32,876 nt of DNA from a virus (lineage: Duplodnaviria > Caudoviricetes): IMG/VR virus record IMGVR_UViG_3300032259_000012, positions 1 to 32,876 of that record; one strand, written 5' to 3'. The notes beneath the pieces are model-generated. The model saw only the letters and a program-made list of their open reading frames with translations, did not search any database and was not told the origin of the DNA. Of the stretch, positions 26,952 to 32,876 are shown piece after piece; positions within the stretch are counted from its first letter, which is position 1; each line of letters opens with the position of its first letter. A program made the position numbers and the translations under genes.

Positions 26952-28142
26952 TTAGAAGTTATGTCCTAGAAAAGCTTGCGGGTAATTAGGCTCTGCTGCC
27001 GTTGTAAACGTGCAATATATTGAAACTAGAAGATTATTATACTCAGTTGGAACCAGTGGGTCAGGCCAAGCCGAAGCATATGTGACAGTATCTACTAACG
27101 CATACTCGCCAGATGATCCGGAGTCATAGTAGATAAAACCAAGATTTCCGCGTAGCATTAACTGATACTCGGTAGCATCTGCAATGGTTGGCCCTGTTGA
27201 GAAAGTGAAGTCCTCCCAGTGTTGACCATTCGCAACATCTATTACCTCTGCAGTTTCACCATTAGTGACTAGCGCATCTGAAGCTCTATCTTCATATATA
27301 GCGCCTTTCATGTCACCTGTACCAAGGGAGCCAGTAACAGAGGCCGTTAACTTATCACCAGTGCCAGCCCCCACACTGTTTGTGAAGTTTGAACCAACTG
27401 CCGCTCCTACCAGACTCTGTGTCGATGCCCCTGCTGTTGTATAGCCAAACGTAGGATCAACAATTACAGGGTATACAGCAGTATCTAGGAAAGCTTGGGG
27501 GACAGTTACCGTTAGCATACTAGTTGAATCATTATAGGAAAGGTCACACCACGTATCATTTCCATCTGCATCTATAGCATGTGCACGATAGATATGAAAC
27601 GCCTTACCTGCTCGATAGTCCTTACCCCCTGTATAGTTTCCCACTTTTGAGGCATGATAGACAGCGTATGACCTATCAACCTTAGCAGGCCTGATCCTGC
27701 CACTATCTATCTCAGCTTGAGTTAGAGGAGGCTGATAATAGAATTTTAAAGCTTTAGATTGTACAGTAAATTCTATTATATTACTAGCAGGTTTAGCTGC
27801 GAACTCAACTTCAAATTCGAAGCCTCCATCCTCATCCCCAGTATCTAACTCGTAGATTCGTGCCTTACGTCCGGCTCGTTCCCATTCAATCTTACTACCA
27901 GCTGTCCGTACTATTGCACTAGTATAATCTGAATCAACTAGTCTAATAGATAGATTACACTCATTATCCCAATGCATAGTTTTAAACTGAGGTAGAGTTA
28001 TATCCGGCTGTTTACTATCACCAATCTCAATACTAACACGACGTGCGGGAGTAGACACATGGGAATAGAATAGCGTATTATTCGCCGCAGTAAATGCAGC
28101 CGCAACCTCTGAAGTTAAATTACCTTGATTTATACTAGCCAT
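26952..28142 (-). CDS. putative tail-associated / receptor-binding protein
   Basis: 396 aa, two-domain look, divided at AVYPVIVDPT; follows the fibre gene. Confidence 0.55.
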   Translation of the reverse strand: MASINQGNLTSEVAAAFTAANNTLFYSHVSTPARRVSIEIGDSKQPDITLPQFKTMHWDNECNLSIRLVDSDYTSAIVRTAGSKIEWERAGRKARIYELDTGDEDGGFEFEVEFAAKPASNIIEFTVQSKALKFYYQPPLTQAEIDSGRIRPAKVDRSYAVYHASKVGNYTGGKDYRAGKAFHIYRAHAIDADGNDTWCDLSYNDSTSMLTVTVPQAFLDTAVYPVIVDPTFGYTTAGASTQSLVGAAVGSNFTNSVGAGTGDKLTASVTGSLGTGDMKGAIYEDRASDALVTNGETAEVIDVANGQHWEDFTFSTGPTIADATEYQLMLRGNLGFIYYDSGSSGEYALVDTVTYASAWPDPLVPTEYNNLLVSIYCTFTTAAEPNYPQAFLGHNF

Positions 28143-28150
28143 TATACTAG

Positions 28151-28957
28151 CTATTTCATATCCAGCATAGCGCCGCTATAGTAATTAGTCCCATCATAAT
28201 AGAGACTAATTAAATCTATAGCACCTGCGGCTGTAGACAGTGTAGGTGCCGTACCCCCAGGCCATTTAACAGTAGCAGGCCAAGTAACCGTCTGGCTACC
28301 AGAACCACCTTGTATTAGCTTCAATATTACATTACAAGGCCCTGCTGGAGCCGTAAATGTTAGTACACAGGGCGGTGCGCCTGTTAGAGTAGACTTCTGC
28401 TTCTGCCCTGCATTCCAGTCTATGGTATCAGCTACACCAGAGTTACCATTATTAAACTCAGCTAAGAATACTGCAGTACCTTGGAATATAGCAGCTTTGG
28501 ATTTCATAAGTGCTATAACATCAGTTAACGTACCTGCATCATTAGCTACACTAAACAGCAACTTAGATGGGATTACATTAGATGCAGGGGTCCCATCTAC
28601 TACAGATATAATCCTACTGGCTATTGCATAATCCACACCATCAAAAGCTAGAGCATACTGCCCTATAAGATCATCGCCATCCTGTACTATCACCGGAGCA
28701 GCGGTAGTACCACGACTTTTTAATGCTACTAGGTATACCCCAGTAGCATCATTAGAATGTCTATGATACTGAGATACTATTGCATTCCCGGTACCCTCAC
28801 TATGTACTGCAAATACGCCAGTAAAGGTAGTACCTCCAATATCAATAGATGTCTCTGAGCCATTGACAGCCGATTTTGGTAGTAAGGCTACATCTGCATC
28901 TGGAATCTCAACTAGAGACCCAGATGCAGTTAAACCTAATACCCTAACATTAGCCAT
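28151..28957 (-). CDS. tail fibre-like protein
   Basis: KSRGT.AAP..VQDGD fibre segment; C-terminal IDW..G...TWPATVKWPGGTAPTLST...DLIS.YYDG domain common in phage fibres. Confidence 0.65.
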   Translation of the reverse strand: MANVRVLGLTASGSLVEIPDADVALLPKSAVNGSETSIDIGGTTFTGVFAVHSEGTGNAIVSQYHRHSNDATGVYLVALKSRGTTAAPVIVQDGDDLIGQYALAFDGVDYAIASRIISVVDGTPASNVIPSKLLFSVANDAGTLTDVIALMKSKAAIFQGTAVFLAEFNNGNSGVADTIDWNAGQKQKSTLTGAPPCVLTFTAPAGPCNVILKLIQGGSGSQTVTWPATVKWPGGTAPTLSTAAGAIDLISLYYDGTNYYSGAMLDMK

Positions 28958-28972
28958 AAGTATACTACCTTA

Positions 28973-29482
28973 TTAGACTCGGATGATAGAGCGGCCAGGC
29001 TCAAAGGATAACTCAGTGGCACTGATAGCTTTACCTACATCCTGTACATGATGAGTAGATGTAGTTGGAGCTGTCAGAGTGGCGGTACCAGCAGCAGCAC
29101 CTGATAAGAAGTAGCGAGAGCCGATAGTAAGGCCTGTCATACCTGTGATAGTGCCATCCATATAACAAGAGCCAGAGGCGGCGGCAATAACAGCTGCTAA
29201 TACAAACCCATCAGCCAGACGTCCCAGGGAAGCATCAGCCTTACGCATCTTACGCGTACCTGCATCATCCCAGATATTAACTAGATCATTAGCTGCCAGA
29301 TTTTCAGAGGCTACAACAGTCTCTACATCTCCACCAAAGCCTGCTGGAATCATAGACGCATCTAACTTACCTGCGGCATCTAATTCTGGAATCTTAGCTG
29401 CATCACCTGCTCCCGCTGAGGTGTTGACAGGTTGCACTTCTTGCACAACGCCTGCTGCAGTTGCTTCTAAGTACTTGGCCAT
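28973..29482 (-). CDS. capsid decoration / cement-like protein
   Basis: ASENLAANDLV...KADAS...G.ITG.TGLT.G..YFLS...G pattern. Confidence 0.55.
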   Translation of the reverse strand: MAKYLEATAAGVVQEVQPVNTSAGAGDAAKIPELDAAGKLDASMIPAGFGGDVETVVASENLAANDLVNIWDDAGTRKMRKADASLGRLADGFVLAAVIAAASGSCYMDGTITGMTGLTIGSRYFLSGAAAGTATLTAPTTSTHHVQDVGKAISATELSFEPGRSIIRV

Positions 29483-29484
29483 TA

Positions 29485-29880
29485 CTATAATCTCCTAATA
29501 GGTAGTTTAATATTTAACATAATTGATGTAGCACTAACTGCCTCACCTATACTCTGTACAAAAGTGAGGCCCGCAGCACTCTGTGTAAGTTGTCCTGCAG
29601 AGCCTAGATACACCGGCCCCTCTACCCATGCCCATCCAGCATCGGATAGTATCCCGTCATATTGAATAGCTAGGGCATCGCCACTAATAACTGCATTAGT
29701 ACTAACCCCTACTAGCTTGCCAATATCTGTTACTACATCTGCATCGCAATAAGCTGGCACACCAGCTACCAACTTTATACCACATAATGCAGATATAGAA
29801 GAGCCAGCTACATAGGATACAATCCCCTTAGAAGCATCCTGTAGTACGGAAACACTAAGGCCCGGTACTATAGCACTCAT
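29485..29880 (-). CDS. capsid decoration / cement-like protein (probable paralogue of 28973-29482)
   Basis: AGSSISAL...DAD...GVSTNA...G.L...W....PVYLG..GQLT...IGEAVSATSI. Confidence 0.55.
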   Translation of the reverse strand: MSAIVPGLSVSVLQDASKGIVSYVAGSSISALCGIKLVAGVPAYCDADVVTDIGKLVGVSTNAVISGDALAIQYDGILSDAGWAWVEGPVYLGSAGQLTQSAAGLTFVQSIGEAVSATSIMLNIKLPIRRL

Positions 29881-30485
29881 TTATCTAGTACCCCATGTGC
29901 ATAGCCACTTATTGCATCGTGCATAGTAATGGCTATATTCTCACGCGAAATAATATTAACTGCATTCGCTTGAGCTTTATCTCCTATATGGGAGTGTATA
30001 TAAATAGAAGCTAAGTCCTCTACCATATAGGGATTCAATTCTGTGATCCAGTTAGAGTCAGCATCCTCAACTAGAGCTGCTGGAAATTCATAGTATCCAA
30101 GTAACAGGATGCTAGTTAATGTGCTATTGCGAACCCGAATAGTAGTTCCAGCTCGATAGCATGTATTGCCCGTCTGACGATTAGCTGCCTTAGTAAGGTG
30201 TGATACAGAACTAGGAATGATAGGATCCAGGGAGGTATCTTCTGGGTAAAGTAGATATGCTATTTTACGGAACCTACTTGGAGTGGGTAGTGCTTGTACA
30301 TAGGCAGCACTATCTATCTCACCTCCGGCAACAGTAAAACTGACCTCTACTATATCTTGCTCATAATTATCACTAAGCGCCATAGACCTAATAGCCTGGT
30401 TAATCTTAGTTGTGATAAGTCCATCCACATCAGACCTTCCAGTCGATGCTGTAATATTAGCAATTAATGTAGCGAGGTCAGACAT
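29877..30485 (-). CDS. head-tail adaptor (gp11 / tubular A-like)
   Basis: TGRSD...INQAI, LPTPSRFRK, GYYEFP, SNWI; position downstream of the capsid gene. Confidence 0.65.
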   Translation of the reverse strand: MSDLATLIANITASTGRSDVDGLITTKINQAIRSMALSDNYEQDIVEVSFTVAGGEIDSAAYVQALPTPSRFRKIAYLLYPEDTSLDPIIPSSVSHLTKAANRQTGNTCYRAGTTIRVRNSTLTSILLLGYYEFPAALVEDADSNWITELNPYMVEDLASIYIHSHIGDKAQANAVNIISRENIAITMHDAISGYAHGVLDK

Positions 30486-30489
30486 TATA

Positions 30490-30885
30490 TTACTTATCCA
30501 GTTGTACTACCAGTCCCAGGTCTACAAACTCTCCCAGGCAATCCATCTGATCCTGAGTAGTAGCAATGAATTTATCATGGTTGAAGTTAATAGGCGCACC
30601 CTTAGCTGTAACTACATTAAGGGGCTCGCCTTTAATTACTGCTTCAAACTCGCCTAGGGCAGGCTTATTAGCAACTGAAGATTTTACCTGCTGGAGGCGA
30701 GCTTCTGTAGAAGGCTTACCTGGGACTGCCACCGCAGCAGCAGGATGGCTAGGATCTAGCTGAGCCTTAGGAGCTTGGGGGCGTAGAGATTGGGCCTCTG
30801 GCGGAATAGGGGCATCGTTATTAGGTACTGTATCAGTATCATTACCCTTGGGAGCCTGCCCAGTTAGGTTTACTTTTGCATTCAT
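30490..30885 (-). CDS. hypothetical protein (Pro/Ala-rich N-terminus)
   Basis: AAGG RBS, 131 aa, immediately after the capsid terminator. Confidence 0.7.
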   Translation of the reverse strand: MNAKVNLTGQAPKGNDTDTVPNNDAPIPPEAQSLRPQAPKAQLDPSHPAAAVAVPGKPSTEARLQQVKSSVANKPALGEFEAVIKGEPLNVVTAKGAPINFNHDKFIATTQDQMDCLGEFVDLGLVVQLDK

Positions 30886-30908
30886 GGTTATATACCTTGT
30901 ATTAATCT

Positions 30909-30939
30909 AAAAAGATAGAGGGAGACCTAAGCCTCCCTC
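30909..30939 (-). terminator. Rho-independent terminator after the major capsid gene
   Basis: On -: GAGGGAGGC-TTAG-GTCTCCCTC then TATCTTTT. Confidence 0.85.
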
Positions 30940-30954
30940 ACTTAAAACTACTGC

Positions 30955-32157
30955 TTAGGCAGCGGCAGTTAAGCCATTAAGAACACCACAAGCCTGTGGG
31001 TTACGGAACTCAGTGGCAAACTCAGCTAGCATAGAGCCGCCAATAGCATCAACACCACTATTAGAGCCATCCTTAGAGCCATCATAGTTCTCTACCTTAT
31101 GCTTACGGCCATCCATGTAAGCCAGGCCCATAGAGGCCAGATCTACAATAACAGCCAGACCAGAAGGAGAGCCCAGACCATTAAGCAGCGGATGCTCAAT
31201 CATGCGGATAGTACCCTTATAGGTCTTAAATTCGGTAAACATCATACCGAAGCTAGTCTCCTTCTGAGTAAGGTTGATCTGTCCGTAGTTCTCCCCAATA
31301 TCATGCAATACCTTGATAGCCTGTGCATCGCCAAAGAGCATACGCTCTTTATTGTTACCCAGGTCAGACTGATAGGTAAACATAGGCTCAATCATGGTAA
31401 CCAGCTGAGCATAGGTAGTAGTGGCACCGGCAGTCTGCACATTACCTGAGGCATGCTCGTAGATAGCATCAATGATGCCCTGAGTATCATGCTCAATAGG
31501 AGAGCCTGCAGGAGACTTAGCCTGGCCAAACAGCAGCTTAGACTCTACATCTACAGAGTGCATCTGCATACAGTCTTGGCGATTCTCTGTGATATTAGAG
31601 AAGCCAGCCTCTGCATAACTAGCACGAGCAGTATCAGACAATGCCCAAGCATTACGAATGATAGTAGTATAGTTAGGTACATAGACAGGGGTAATAGAAC
31701 GAGCAGTAGGACGATTAGACGACTCAGTTTGGTTATTACCTACGCAGAAACACACTTCGTTATCTACTAGAGCTTGGGCAGCGATACGCCCGTGAGATCG
31801 TGCAACTGTTACAGAGGTAGCACTAGGAACGGTAAGTACCTTAAATACCTCACGGAGTGCATTCTGAAATAGCATACCAGGTACGACACCCGCAGTAGTA
31901 TCTACTGTGAATGTAGTAATACCAGCAGCATAACCGGCAGCTTCATCAATGGTAAGTAGGGCAAATACCATAGTCTTGGTAAAGTAGCCATGGGTAGATG
32001 CAAGGGCTTTCTTATCCTTCATCTGACCAGTCATAGCAAACAACGGGGCTGAACCATTAGGCCATAGACGCAGGATGGTATCAGCAAAGGATTTCTTATT
32101 CAATTCAGCTGGGTTATAGCTGGAATAGAAAATCCCACTAGTATTAAACGCACTCAT
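30955..32157 (-). CDS. major capsid protein (HK97 fold, SU10 / DUF5309-like) with an inserted beta domain
   Basis: 400 aa, AAGGAG RBS, downstream of the scaffold and followed by a terminator; NYTTIIRNAWALSDTA, H..DVE..LLFG, TQGI, FG..F.EF.T..G. Confidence 0.88.
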   Translation of the reverse strand: MSAFNTSGIFYSSYNPAELNKKSFADTILRLWPNGSAPLFAMTGQMKDKKALASTHGYFTKTMVFALLTIDEAAGYAAGITTFTVDTTAGVVPGMLFQNALREVFKVLTVPSATSVTVARSHGRIAAQALVDNEVCFCVGNNQTESSNRPTARSITPVYVPNYTTIIRNAWALSDTARASYAEAGFSNITENRQDCMQMHSVDVESKLLFGQAKSPAGSPIEHDTQGIIDAIYEHASGNVQTAGATTTYAQLVTMIEPMFTYQSDLGNNKERMLFGDAQAIKVLHDIGENYGQINLTQKETSFGMMFTEFKTYKGTIRMIEHPLLNGLGSPSGLAVIVDLASMGLAYMDGRKHKVENYDGSKDGSNSGVDAIGGSMLAEFATEFRNPQACGVLNGLTAAA

Positions 32158-32188
32158 AATAGAACTCCTTATTTATTAGCTACCTGAG

Positions 32189-32875
32189 TTAACTCTGAGT
32201 AGCAAAATCTAGATAATCAAAATCGGTGCCAGGGGCAGGTGCAGGAGTAGCCTCTGGATTAATAGTCTTATTCATTTCTTGCAAATAGCGTCTAGCTTCT
32301 GTAGCTACCTGCTCACCATTCCAGTCTGGATTAGCTTGCTGGATCTTACCAACTACACTTTCCATTCCAAGTTTTACTATGGGATTACTCATTTCAGGTA
32401 GGTTAGCTAATAACTCCTGGGCAGAGTTATTCTGCGATATACGGGAGTCGATGCTATCGTTTTGATAGGCTAACTGACTGTTAAGGATATTATCGTTAAG
32501 CAGTCCGTTATGTTGTAGTGCGGTTTTATAAGCATTAACCCCTACAGCGTTAACTAGGGCCATTAATGCTTCAGGCTTATTTTCTTGTAAGCCTTGTAGT
32601 ACATTAGCTGGTAGATCTTTTGTAAAGTCCAGACCTTCTGAGAGCTTAGCTATATTCTCAGGAGATAGGAACTCCTGTGCAGTTAGAGGTGGGGCACCTG
32701 GATCTGCTGGTTTATTAAGGTTAGTATCTACCAAAGCCGCGAATGTGTCAAGTCCTGTTTTTTCCACTACAGGAGCTGCCATTGGATCTACGATAGGGGC
32801 AGTAGCTACAGCAGCAGGATCGACGACTGGTGCAGTTACAGGAGCTACTTGGGCTGGCTTAAACAGATTAGTTAG
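32189..32875 (-). CDS. capsid scaffolding protein (5'-truncated)
   Basis: The frame stays open to the window edge (LTNLFKPAQVAPVTAPVVDP...); Pro/Ala-rich then helical; directly upstream of the capsid gene. Confidence 0.65.
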   Translation of the reverse strand, partial: LTNLFKPAQVAPVTAPVVDPAAVATAPIVDPMAAPVVEKTGLDTFAALVDTNLNKPADPGAPPLTAQEFLSPENIAKLSEGLDFTKDLPANVLQGLQENKPEALMALVNAVGVNAYKTALQHNGLLNDNILNSQLAYQNDSIDSRISQNNSAQELLANLPEMSNPIVKLGMESVVGKIQQANPDWNGEQVATEARRYLQEMNKTINPEATPAPAPGTDFDYLDFATQS

Positions 32876-32876
32876 T

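Larger units (their letters stand above)
1..32876. mobile_element. Segment of a tailed dsDNA bacteriophage genome (podovirus-like), replication arm (+) converging on structural arm (-)
   Basis: Dense genes with overlapping stop/start codons; capsid, scaffold, adaptor, nozzle and internal virion genes on -; PolA, helicase, recombinase and dNMP kinase on +; no host housekeeping genes. Confidence 0.97.

Noticed and set aside
27001-27720. Foreign composition in the 396 aa tail gene
   Set aside because: CTAG seems less frequent (about 4 in 720 nt) but is still above random expectation; too weak to call by eye.
30886-30960. Capsid read-through or frameshift extension
   Set aside because: A clean TAA stop followed by a strong terminator, with no slippery site evident.
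14932-31770. Antisense ORFs in the track (e.g. 14932-15258, 17134-17487, 21223-21612, 31099-31449, and the - ORFs within the + arm)
   Set aside because: They are shadows of long real genes, with no RBS and Ser/Leu-rich unnatural composition.
1-32876. Stop-codon reassignment (TAG) suggested by TAG abundance
   Set aside because: Long genes are intact under the standard code and TAG ends genes normally (e.g. 6986, 11631, 14373).

Overview
This 32.9 kb window is an internal segment of a dsDNA tailed-phage genome, most likely podovirus-like: it has large internal-virion/ejection proteins and no tape measure or sheath gene. Two tightly packed arms converge at about 14.4-14.6 kb. The + arm (1-14.6 kb) is a DNA metabolism module: RecD2/Dda-like SF1B helicase (5'-truncated), Cas4-like PD-(D/E)xK nuclease, degenerate HNH, Sak4-like ATPase, probable SSB, Tad2/DUF2829 anti-Thoeris protein, dNMP kinase, family A DNA polymerase with an N-terminal UDG-like domain, a minimal Pol-beta-type nucleotidyltransferase, a DEDDh exonuclease and a DUF3987/MCM-like AAA+ protein. 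The - arm (14.6-32.9 kb) is structural: scaffold (truncated), SU10/DUF5309-type major capsid, adaptor, decoration/fibre proteins, holin-like protein, a split tail nozzle and internal virion proteins. I recognised no integrase, primase, RNA polymerase, terminase, portal, canonical tRNA or CRISPR array in the window. The most interesting signals are: a highly structured ~200 nt non-coding element (pseudoknot plus tRNA-like cloverleaf) directly after the Tad2 gene; a PolA with His at the F762-equivalent position in a dNMP kinase-PolA-NTase cassette; a replisome with no visible primase; a nozzle gene split inside a large insertion; and strong CTAG over-representation. All family calls come from motif recognition by eye, not from database searches.
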